Shown here: positions 47,618-56,231 of the stretch, piece after piece
How positions within the stretch are numbered: the first letter of the stretch is position 1
How the letters are laid out: the number at the start of each line of letters is the position of its first letter
From: a candidate division WOR-3 bacterium
GTDB taxonomy: Bacteria > Hydrothermota > Tepidihabitantia > Tepidihabitantales > Tepidihabitantaceae
DNA: 64,000 nt
NCBI GenBank assembly: GCA_965649225.1
Contig: CBFGJX010000009.1
Location: 1-64,000 of the forward strand
Reading direction: 5' to 3'
Position numbers and translations under genes: made by a program
Notes under the pieces: generated by a model
Seen by the model: only the letters and a program-made list of their open reading frames with translations
Databases searched by the model: none
Told to the model about the DNA's origin: nothing

Positions 47618-49216
47618 GTGCGCCCGGCCATCAGCATCAGCCTGATTCTCATCGCCACCCTGGCTGCCTTCGGCCAGCCGGTACGCAATCTTATAATGAT
47701 GGTTCCTGACGGCTGCGACTGGACCACCGTCAGCCTCGCCCGCTGGTATGCCAGTCGTGACCTGACACTTGACAGCATTCTTGTCGGTGCGGTCCGTACC
47801 GGTTCCTTCAACTCGGCGATCCCCGGCTCAGCCGAAGCTGCCACCGCCTTTGCCACTGGCCGCAGAACCACCGCCGCTGTACTCAGCATCGGGCCGTCGC
47901 CCGCCGAACTGCTGCCGAACCGGCCGATTCCCGAGTCGCTGCAGCAGCGTCCCTGGGTCACGCTGCTGGAAGCCGCCCGTCTTGCCGGCAAAGCCACCGG
48001 CATCGTTGTCACCAGCGCAGTCAGCCATGCCACCCCGGCGGCATTCTATGCCCACGTGCCGCACCGCAGCCTCCAAGACACGATAATGAAACAACTGGTT
48101 TTCGCCGGACTGGACGTCGTTTTTGGCGGCGGCCGGCGGCGGCTGATACCGCGCCAGCAGGGCGGCTCCCGGCGCGACAATCTTGACCTGCGGTCAATCC
48201 TGCGCCGGCGCGGCATTACGGTTGTCGGTACTGCCGCCGGTCTGGACAGTTTGAAAAGAACCCCGGCATGGGGCCTGTTTGCCGACGAACATCTGGCTCC
48301 CGATGCCGACCGGCTCCGCCATGCTCCAGCCGAGCCGAGCCTCGCAGCAATGACCGCCAAGGCGATTGAACTGCTCAGAACCGACCCGGACGGCTTCTTT
48401 TTGCTGGTCGAAGGCAGCCAGGTCGACTGGGGCGCTCATGCCAATGACCCGTTCTACGCCGTCACCGAACTGCTCGCCTTCGACCGGGCGGTACGCACTG
48501 CACTGGACTTCGCCCGACGCGACCGTGGCACACTGCTGCTGGTTTTCTCCGACCACGGCTGCGGCGGCCCCAGCATCGGCTCCCGCTATGCCCGATCCGA
48601 CTACATCCGCACTTCGCCCGACAGCCTGCTGCTGCCCCTGCGCCGGATGCAGCTGACCTCAACCGGCATCGCCCGGGAAATCGGCGCCAGCCGCACCAAA
48701 GCCCGCATCCGCTCGACAGTCCAGCAATGGTGGGATGTCGAACTCAGCGACTCGGCGCTGGAAGATATCCACCGGCTCGAGGCCGCCGGCATGGACTTTG
48801 AACATGCTCTCGGCGAAGTGTTCTGCCGCCGCTATACCGTCATCGGCTGGACGACCCACGGCCACACCGGCGGCGATGTTCCGCTCTGGGCCTACGGGCC
48901 CGGGTCACCGTCCGGCATGCTCGACCACACCGAACTCGCCCGGCTTGCCGCCCGGGCGCTTGGCATTGACCTGCCGCGGGCGGAAAGCCATGTCTTCATT
49001 GACCTAGGTCGCGCACTCGGCCCCGATTCGTGGGGAGTTGACGGCTCTGACCCGGACTGGCCGGCGGTACAGATCGGCCGTGCCCGGCTGCCAATTGATA
49101 CCGATCTGCTGATTTTCGATACAGACACTCTGCGTCTGCCCGGCCTGACACTGCTGCTGCCCGACGGCCGGGCATGGGTTTGCGACAGCGCGCTGGCAGT
49201 CCTGCGCCGGCGCTGA
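47618..49216 (+). CDS. Alkaline phosphatase (PhoA family)
   Basis: MMVPDG, SAEAATAFATG, SHATPA, GFFLLVEGSQVDWGAHAND, SDHG, GHTG. Confidence 0.92.
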   Translation: MRPAISISLILIATLAAFGQPVRNLIMMVPDGCDWTTVSLARWYASRDLTLDSILVGAVRTGSFNSAIPGSAEAATAFATGRRTTAAVLSIGPSPAELLPNRPIPESLQQRPWVTLLEAARLAGKATGIVVTSAVSHATPAAFYAHVPHRSLQDTIMKQLVFAGLDVVFGGGRRRLIPRQQGGSRRDNLDLRSILRRRGITVVGTAAGLDSLKRTPAWGLFADEHLAPDADRLRHAPAEPSLAAMTAKAIELLRTDPDGFFLLVEGSQVDWGAHANDPFYAVTELLAFDRAVRTALDFARRDRGTLLLVFSDHGCGGPSIGSRYARSDYIRTSPDSLLLPLRRMQLTSTGIAREIGASRTKARIRSTVQQWWDVELSDSALEDIHRLEAAGMDFEHALGEVFCRRYTVIGWTTHGHTGGDVPLWAYGPGSPSGMLDHTELARLAARALGIDLPRAESHVFIDLGRALGPDSWGVDGSDPDWPAVQIGRARLPIDTDLLIFDTDTLRLPGLTLLLPDGRAWVCDSALAVLRRR

Positions 49217-49238
49217 CCGACGGTCTGCAAACCGGCGG

Positions 49239-49922
49239 CTAGAAACCCCAGCTCCGCCGCAGCACTGCTTTGGTCTGCGCGGCCGGAGGGCCGGAACGTA
49301 ACTGCGGCAGGCGACACAGCGGCCCGCCCTCAGGCGGCAACGCATTGATGGAATCGATGTAGGCCTGAGTCAGCCCGGTCGAATCGGTAACCAGATAGAC
49401 CGCGCGCTGCACCATCCACATCGCGTTCGGGTCGGAAATATCCTTGCCCCGCACCAGCCCGACCAGCTGGACCAGCCCGTCACGATGCTGAGTCTGCAGA
49501 TTGGCGGCAAGCGGTCCGATGTCAAAGGTATCGCCCCGGTCCGGCGAAACCCGACGCAGATTCCCGCAGAAACTGCCCAGCAGATTGACGGTTGCGCTGG
49601 TGCCGGCGGTAATCGGATGGTCCTTCAGCAGAATCATGTGCTGGGTCGCGTTGCGCCGCGACCGAAACAGCAACCCGGCCGGCAGTGTATCGCGCAGTTC
49701 CGCCCCTCCGTTCGCACTGGCGGTAAACGCCAGCGTAAACGGCCCGCGGTCGGAAAGCCGCGGGTCACCGGTGATTGCCACTGCCACAATACCGGAATTG
49801 AGTGCAAACGTCGGCCCGTCCGGCACCACTCCGCCCTGATCGTCAACCAGCGGCGGACACTCACTGCCGGCAAATATCAGCAGCGCCGCCGCAACTGCCG
49901 CAACCCGCCACCAGCGTTTCAT
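49239..49922 (-). CDS. Hypothetical exported/lipoprotein (paralog family A)
   Basis: Signal peptide; TLPAGLLF.S....QHMILL...FC.N..R..P..GDTFDIGP shared with two neighbours. Confidence 0.75.
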   Translation of the reverse strand: MKRWWRVAAVAAALLIFAGSECPPLVDDQGGVVPDGPTFALNSGIVAVAITGDPRLSDRGPFTLAFTASANGGAELRDTLPAGLLFRSRRNATQHMILLKDHPITAGTSATVNLLGSFCGNLRRVSPDRGDTFDIGPLAANLQTQHRDGLVQLVGLVRGKDISDPNAMWMVQRAVYLVTDSTGLTQAYIDSINALPPEGGPLCRLPQLRSGPPAAQTKAVLRRSWGF

Positions 49923-50554
49923 CGCATCCTCCCCCGGCGGAATTTGCCCGCCGGCTGAAGCGGCAACCCGGCCGGCGCCGGCCCGCCGGTATCAGGCGGC
50001 AACCGGGAAATCGAATCCAGCCAGTGGTCGGCAAGTTTGCCGTCTTCGACCACCTCCCACACCGCCAGCTGCAGCCAGCCCAGTGCGACGCAGCGGATGT
50101 CCTTGTCCGCCACGGCCGTAATCAGCCGCCTCATCTCGGCATGGTCGGTTACCGGCCCCAGCTCGAAAGTGTCCCCGGCACCCGGCACGCCGCGGGTCGG
50201 ATTGATACAGAACCCGCCGATAGGCAGGACAGTATCATACGGCACCCCACGGATAATATGCCGCTTGAGCAGAATGATGTTTTGCACCTCTTTCGACTTG
50301 GCGAGAAAGAACAACCCGGCCGGCAGTGTCTCGACCCACGGCGCAGTATCGCCCCTCACCTCGAACCCAAGCGTGGTCCAGCCGTTGAAATTGGTATAGG
50401 GTGCCGCGCCGGTCACCCTCAGCAGTGGCACCGTCGGTTTCAGCGTGAAAGGAGTCCCGCGTGGCTCAAACTCCTTGGGTTTCCGGTCAAAAAGCCCGCA
50501 ACCGGCAACCACCAGCATTGCTGCCAGCGCAACAATCAGGCGCTTTTTCTTCAT
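49919..50554 (-). CDS. Hypothetical lipoprotein (paralog family A)
   Basis: VAGC lipobox, GGAGG SD; TLPAGLFF...QNIILL...FCINP.R..P..GDTFELGP. Confidence 0.78.
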   Translation of the reverse strand: MKKKRLIVALAAMLVVAGCGLFDRKPKEFEPRGTPFTLKPTVPLLRVTGAAPYTNFNGWTTLGFEVRGDTAPWVETLPAGLFFLAKSKEVQNIILLKRHIIRGVPYDTVLPIGGFCINPTRGVPGAGDTFELGPVTDHAEMRRLITAVADKDIRCVALGWLQLAVWEVVEDGKLADHWLDSISRLPPDTGGPAPAGLPLQPAGKFRRGRMR

Positions 50555-50579
50555 CAGGTCTTCCTCCATCATCCGAACT

Positions 50580-52460
50580 TTAGTCGCGCCGGCGCCGACC
50601 GTCAAGCCGCCTGACCCCGGGCCGGGTCATGTCATCCCGACCGCCACCCAGCAGCGGCCGCAGCCGCCGGATGCGTTCAATCAGGTCGCGGCGGCCGCGC
50701 CGCGACAGCTCCCGTTCGGCCAGCCGGAAGCTCGCCGGCAGCCAGAGCTGCAGCAGCGCACGCTGCAACCGCTGTTCGCTCTCGTCGCGCGGCACGTAAA
50801 CCGGTTCGCCGGTCAGCGGGTCGAAACCACAATGCCACACCGCTGCTGCCAGCGTCATCGGCAGTGGTGTGAACTGCTGCACCTGCCGGATACGCAACCG
50901 CTCGACCCGGGCGATGAACTCGGCCAGAGCCACCGCATCATCAACCGTTGCCCCGGGATGGCCGGAAATGAAGTAGGGAATCAGATACTGCCGACGCCCG
51001 AGCCGGCGGTTGGTCTGCTCGAAGGCGGCACGAAACTGGCGGTAGCTTTCGGGCCGGCACTTGCGCATCTGCTCCAGCACCCGCTCGGAACAGTGTTCGG
51101 GCGCAACCCGCAACTGCCCCGAAACATGATAGCGGCAGAGCTGCTCGATGTAGCGCATGCCGGCCGAATCGTCCAGCAGGTCAAAACGCACTCCCGACCC
51201 AACTGTCACGCGCTTGACTCCCGGCACACGCCGCACCGCTTCCAGCAGTTCAATTTCCCGCTCCAGCCCCGGTCTGAGTTCTCGACAGCGCCGGGGAAAC
51301 AGACACTCGCGACCGCGGCAGACCCTGCCGGCCTGCATCTGCCGGCACGACGCGCCATACATATTGGCACTCGGGCCGCCGACATCCGTGATGTGGCCCC
51401 TGAAACCCGCCAACCGCGTCAGCCGCTGCGTTTCCCGCACAACCGATGCCACCGACCGGGCCTGAATGATCCGGCCCTGATGCGCCCCGAGCGAACAGAA
51501 TGCGCAACTGCCGAGACAGCCGCGGTGCGCGGTAATGGAGAACCGTACCGGCTCCAGTGCCGGCACCGGCTCGGTGTAGTTCGGGTCGGCGGCCCGGGCA
51601 TAGGGCAGTTCGTAGATTTGGTCCAGTTCAGCGGTGCTCAGCGGTGGGCTCATCGGATACTGCACGACGAACCGCCCGGCGTGTGGCTGGACGACAACCG
51701 GCCCATGCGGGTCATGGGCAGTGCGGTACCACAATCGGAATGCCTCGGCGAAAGCCCGCTTGTCGGCGGCAACCGCCTCATAGCCCGGTAACTGCACCGC
51801 GTCAGCCGGACTCTCTCGGGCAACGATGCAGGTCCCGGCAATGCCGGCCAGTTCCCGGCCGGTGTCAAGCCGGCACGCCGCCGCCACCACCTGCCGTTCG
51901 CCCATGCCGTACACGAGCAGGTCGGCACGCGCGTCCACCACGAGCGACCGGCGCACGGCATCATCCCACCAGTCATAATGCGCCAGTCGACGCAGACTCG
52001 CCTCGATGCCCCCCAGAATCAGCCGGACTCCGGGAAACAACTCCCGCAGCCGGTTACAGTAAACCAGTGTCGCCCGGTCCGGTCGCCGCCCCGGCCGGCC
52101 GCCCGGCGAATAGTCATCCTCGCGCCGCCGCTGACGGGCGGGCGAAAGATTCGCCACCAGCGAATCGACATTGCCGGCGGTAACCCCGAAAAACAGCCGC
52201 GGCCGACCCAGAGCCAGAAAATCATCCGGCCCGGTCCAGCGCGGCTGACTGATGATTCCGGTGCGAAACCCGGCGGCGATCAGCACCCGGGCGATAACCG
52301 CCGCGCCAAAGGCCGGGTGATCGACATAGCCATCGCCGGTAACGATGACTGCATCCAGTTCATCCCAGCCCAGCTCCCGCGCTGCCGCCGCGGTAGTCGG
52401 TACAAGATGCGGCTGCGGCAGCGGCGGCCGGTGAGAACCGAAAATGGCTGTCCGCTCCAG
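50580..52460 (-). CDS. ygiQ: YgiQ-family radical SAM protein
   Basis: GWDELD..IVTGD.YVDHP.FG, GNVDS, GGIEASLRR.AHYD, RGCLGSCAFC, DVGGPSANMY, APEH, PYFISGHPG; conserved N-terminus extends about 58 codons upstream of the ORF-track start. Confidence 0.92.
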   Translation of the reverse strand: MERTAIFGSHRPPLPQPHLVPTTAAAARELGWDELDAVIVTGDGYVDHPAFGAAVIARVLIAAGFRTGIISQPRWTGPDDFLALGRPRLFFGVTAGNVDSLVANLSPARQRRREDDYSPGGRPGRRPDRATLVYCNRLRELFPGVRLILGGIEASLRRLAHYDWWDDAVRRSLVVDARADLLVYGMGERQVVAAACRLDTGRELAGIAGTCIVARESPADAVQLPGYEAVAADKRAFAEAFRLWYRTAHDPHGPVVVQPHAGRFVVQYPMSPPLSTAELDQIYELPYARAADPNYTEPVPALEPVRFSITAHRGCLGSCAFCSLGAHQGRIIQARSVASVVRETQRLTRLAGFRGHITDVGGPSANMYGASCRQMQAGRVCRGRECLFPRRCRELRPGLEREIELLEAVRRVPGVKRVTVGSGVRFDLLDDSAGMRYIEQLCRYHVSGQLRVAPEHCSERVLEQMRKCRPESYRQFRAAFEQTNRRLGRRQYLIPYFISGHPGATVDDAVALAEFIARVERLRIRQVQQFTPLPMTLAAAVWHCGFDPLTGEPVYVPRDESEQRLQRALLQLWLPASFRLAERELSRRGRRDLIERIRRLRPLLGGGRDDMTRPGVRRLDGRRRRD

Positions 52461-52462
52461 CG

Positions 52463-53053
52463 CTAACGGTCGGGCAAAGCCCGCAGCTTCGCCCGCATGG
52501 TGTCGGAAAGCGCTCCGCCCTCGGTAATTTCCCAGAGCGCATCCTGTGCCACGTTCACCGCTTCATTCTCCAGTCGCTTCGGCCGCAGCAGCTCGAACAG
52601 CTCGTTCAGTTCGAGCTCCCAGACCTGCAGCACGGCCAGATACCGGCTCTCATCATCCGGTTCGTCCAGGTCCTCGTTGGCGCAGTAGGTCGGCAGCATC
52701 ACCACCGTTTCGCCGACCGGCACCGAAAACCGGAACTCCTGCAGAATCATCATATGCTGATACTCCGGATTCATCGGGCTGAACACCAGCCCGGCCGGCA
52801 TCAAAATGCTGGTGCGCCTCTGGTTGTAATTGTAGATCCGGGCGGCCAGCGGTAACTCCGAAGCCGGAATCTCGTCGTCGGCACCGATGATGTCGGTTGC
52901 ATTCACTCCGCCCGGCCACGACCACGGCCGGCCCGGAATCGGCTCGAAGAAACCCGGCTCCCACTGCCGACCCGGCGGCGGCGCTGTTTGACACAGACTG
53001 CCCAGCGCCAGAACCCCGCTCACTACGGTCAACAGCCAACGACTGACCTTCAT
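52463..53053 (-). CDS. Hypothetical exported/lipoprotein (paralog family A)
   Basis: GGAGAGG SD, signal; MPAGLVF.P....QHMMIL...YCAN..L..P, QDALWEITEG. Confidence 0.7.
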   Translation of the reverse strand: MKVSRWLLTVVSGVLALGSLCQTAPPPGRQWEPGFFEPIPGRPWSWPGGVNATDIIGADDEIPASELPLAARIYNYNQRRTSILMPAGLVFSPMNPEYQHMMILQEFRFSVPVGETVVMLPTYCANEDLDEPDDESRYLAVLQVWELELNELFELLRPKRLENEAVNVAQDALWEITEGGALSDTMRAKLRALPDR

Positions 53054-53070
53054 CGGCCTCTCCTCTCCGC

Positions 53071-54507
53071 TCATCGGGCAACAGCCACTGTCCGTCGCTC
53101 GCACATTCCCGGCCCACGCACTACCACAGTGTACCGGCCGGGCGGAAAGCTCTGGCAGGACCATTCCACTCTCAGCCGATCACTGGCAGCAACCGCCAGA
53201 TTGCGCCAGACACAGCGGCCGAGCACATCATAGGCGGCAGCGTCGTATCTTCCCGGCGCCGGTACGGCGAATTCCAGCTGCAACCGGTCACGCACCAGCA
53301 CTGCCGACGCCGCCGGTGTCACCGTCCCGGCAAACCATGGCGCATCGCAAAAGAGTCCCCGTGCACCCGCCGAATCCCAGCCGGCAAAGAACACCAGCGG
53401 CAGAGCCAGCGGTGTCCGCGGGGCATAAAGCAGGCGCGGCCGGCATGCCGGCAACGTCGCACAGACGCGACGGTCGCTGACGGGCTGGCCCGCCGACCAC
53501 CACGCCGGCTGCCAGGCCGCTGCCCAGCGCCAGTACACCGCGGTTGAATCGTCCGGCCCGCGGCCGCCCCGGTTGTAAACCATGCTGACCATTCCGTTCC
53601 GGGTCCAGCGGTCGGCGACAATATCGGCGAACCACTCGTCCCGGTACGGATCGCTCCAGTTAGTCTCTTCTCCCCAGGCCGGCCGGTCGTTGCCGCTGGT
53701 CCGCAGCCGGACGTCGGTACGGCCGGAATCACGCCAACCCTGAGTGTAAACCAGCCAGAGCTGCGCCAGCCGCTCGGGCACGGTGTCGGTCGCCGCCAGT
53801 CGCGGTTCCCACCGAAAATAACCGCCGCGGGTTATGACCCGGTGCGGTTCCCACGAACCGGAAGCGCCATAGCGCCGGCTGAACTGATGATGAATCTGGG
53901 TCGGGTCCTGAGCAAACCGCCAGACGCAGTGGACACTGGCACCGGCCAGACAAACCAGCTGCGGGTCGTGGGCATTCCACCAGCTCTGACCCGGCTCCCA
54001 GCTCTCGCCGAAGTCGCTCGAGCGTGAGAAAAAGCCGGTCAGGCCGGGCCGGTGTTCGTTGGCGGTTAGGCAGTAAAGATAGTAATACCGGCAGCGGTCA
54101 ATGGCGAAGGAAAAGTCGTCGATGGTATCCGGCCCGACCGCAATCGGCAGCATCACCGCGACCGAATCACCCCAGTCCAGTCGCAACAGCCACAGGTCAC
54201 CGCCATTCTCTGCGGTCAAAAAGGCCAGATAGACTGCGCTGCGCCCACCCCAGCCGACCGCCAGCTCAACCTGGCTGACCGCCGCATCAGCGGCATGTTC
54301 GAGAATCAGCTGCCACGACGCGCCGGCGTCGCCCGAGCTGAACAGCCGCAACCGCCGGCCCGCCGCGGTCGCGGCCCACAACCGCCCGGTCGAATCCGCG
54401 CTCACCCCGAATGCGCTCACCGGCCCGGTGTCGACTGCCACATCCGGACCCCAGTTGGCCGCAACGGCACTGCCGACCACCAGCAGTACGGCCGGAACGA
54501 AGTGCAT
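53071..54507 (-). CDS. Secreted Asp-box/sialidase-like protein with CTD-like tail
   Basis: SGDAGASW, SSDFGESW; tail YDVLGR...FPPGRY. Confidence 0.7.
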   Translation of the reverse strand: MHFVPAVLLVVGSAVAANWGPDVAVDTGPVSAFGVSADSTGRLWAATAAGRRLRLFSSGDAGASWQLILEHAADAAVSQVELAVGWGGRSAVYLAFLTAENGGDLWLLRLDWGDSVAVMLPIAVGPDTIDDFSFAIDRCRYYYLYCLTANEHRPGLTGFFSRSSDFGESWEPGQSWWNAHDPQLVCLAGASVHCVWRFAQDPTQIHHQFSRRYGASGSWEPHRVITRGGYFRWEPRLAATDTVPERLAQLWLVYTQGWRDSGRTDVRLRTSGNDRPAWGEETNWSDPYRDEWFADIVADRWTRNGMVSMVYNRGGRGPDDSTAVYWRWAAAWQPAWWSAGQPVSDRRVCATLPACRPRLLYAPRTPLALPLVFFAGWDSAGARGLFCDAPWFAGTVTPAASAVLVRDRLQLEFAVPAPGRYDAAAYDVLGRCVWRNLAVAASDRLRVEWSCQSFPPGRYTVVVRGPGMCERRTVAVAR

Positions 54508-54575
54508 CGGTCTATTCTCGCCCCGACCCGGCCGGCCGTCAAGCTGCCCGGCACTGCAACGGTCCCGCCGGCAGG

Positions 54576-54929
54576 CTAGACATCCAGCGCGTCGCTCAGG
54601 CCCATTTCGACCCGGCCCGCCGGCAGTGCCAGTACGACATTGAAGTTCTCGTCCAGCGAGGCCTCAACATGTTCCCAGCCGGCATCGGTATCAATCTCGG
54701 TAGCATAGGCAATTGAACTCCACGGAAACACCCGGACACCGATGTCGCCCGAGATGATGCTGGAACTGCTGGTTGGCCGGTGGAAATGAAATGCCCGGCA
54801 ACGCATCCTGACATAATTGACCGTCTCTTCCAGCACCTCACCGACGACATGATTGGTCGCCGTCGGATAGAGCTTTCTGATTCTGACCTTCCAGACCCGT
54901 CGAGTGCTGCTGGCTGGCTGTTTTTCCAT
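54576..54929 (-). CDS. Hypothetical protein
   Basis: 117-aa ORF with globular composition and a -10 box directly upstream; no family recognised. Confidence 0.6.
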   Translation of the reverse strand: MEKQPASSTRRVWKVRIRKLYPTATNHVVGEVLEETVNYVRMRCRAFHFHRPTSSSSIISGDIGVRVFPWSSIAYATEIDTDAGWEHVEASLDENFNVVLALPAGRVEMGLSDALDV

Positions 54930-55042
54930 TGCCGCGATTATCCGGTATCGCATCAAGACCGTATCAGGCCGGCAGCAGTTCCCGGTTAGCCCCGGTCCTG
55001 CGGGCTTGTGCCGAGTCCCCGGCTGTGCTATCATTGCCCGCC

Positions 55043-56188
55043 ATGCACCGGCTGATTGCTCTTATCGTCCTGACTCTGACCGCCGCGGCACAGGACTACT
55101 CCGCGCGCGGCCCCTACGCCGACACATTCCGGATAATGGACATCCCGGGCACGACCGAGGTGATGCGCAACTCGCGCGTGTACTACCCGGACTCGGCCGG
55201 CCGCATCCCCGGCTCGGCCGTGCCGGCACCGATTACGGTGTTTGGCCACGGCTGGCAGATGGGCATCGACCGCTACTACTCCTATGCCCGCCACCTCGCG
55301 TCGTGGGGTTATGTCTGCGTCCTGCCGACCATCTCCAATCCGCTGATTGACCCCGAACACGACAAACGCGCCCGGCTGATGGCCGACGCCGCACGCTATG
55401 TCGGCACACTCGACACCGTGCCCGGCGACCCGTTCTTCGGCGCGCTCGACCGGTCGAACTGGGGCTTCGCCGGCCACTCGATGGGCGGCGGCCTCTCAAT
55501 GCTGGCCGCCGACACCCTGCGCCTCGGCGACACCCTGCGCTGCGTTGTCGGCATCGCCTGCCCGCAGACCACGCCACCGACCCGTTCGGCCAACATCCGT
55601 GTGCCGAAACTGCTCCTGCCCGGCGGAGTGGACAACATCGCACCCTGGCGCGATGTTCGGACGGCTTACTGGGCCGATGCTCCGCCGCCCGGCACTTTTG
55701 CGGTCATTCGTGGCGCCAACCACGGCTACGTGATGGACTACTCCTACTTCTGGGAAAACGGCGGCACCGCCACCATCACCCGCGCCGAACAGCAACGGAT
55801 AATCCGCCGTCACCTGACCGCCTTCTTCGAACGTTACCTGCATGGCGACTCCAGCGACTGGAACTTCGCCTACTGCTTCGGCGACTCAATCCGGCACCAC
55901 CCGACGATGGACTCGGTCGAAGTACGCCTGCCGACGGTCGGAATTGAAGCGCCGCTCTGGCGCGGCGAGGCCACCGGTCCCGGCCCGACCATCGTCTGCC
56001 GTCGGTCGGGACTGCCATTCTGGCCGGCGGTGGATACTCTCTTCTCCCTGATTGACCCGGTTGGCAACCGACCGGTACGGCTGCGCGGCCGCAGTGAAGA
56101 TATTCCCCGGCTTGCGCCCGGCGTATATTTCATCTGCCCGACCCGACCGGCGTCCGGTGCGACACGGCGGGTTGTTGTCCTGCAATGA
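55043..56188 (+). CDS. Secreted alpha/beta hydrolase (chlorophyllase/cutinase-like) with CTD
   Basis: HG, HLASWGY, GHSMGGG nucleophile elbow, DNIAP, GANH; tail LAPGVYF. Confidence 0.85.
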   Translation: MHRLIALIVLTLTAAAQDYSARGPYADTFRIMDIPGTTEVMRNSRVYYPDSAGRIPGSAVPAPITVFGHGWQMGIDRYYSYARHLASWGYVCVLPTISNPLIDPEHDKRARLMADAARYVGTLDTVPGDPFFGALDRSNWGFAGHSMGGGLSMLAADTLRLGDTLRCVVGIACPQTTPPTRSANIRVPKLLLPGGVDNIAPWRDVRTAYWADAPPPGTFAVIRGANHGYVMDYSYFWENGGTATITRAEQQRIIRRHLTAFFERYLHGDSSDWNFAYCFGDSIRHHPTMDSVEVRLPTVGIEAPLWRGEATGPGPTIVCRRSGLPFWPAVDTLFSLIDPVGNRPVRLRGRSEDIPRLAPGVYFICPTRPASGATRRVVVLQ

Positions 56189-56231
56189 CCGAATCCGTAG
56201 TTTCGCCAGTCCCGCATCGCCGCAAGGAGGA

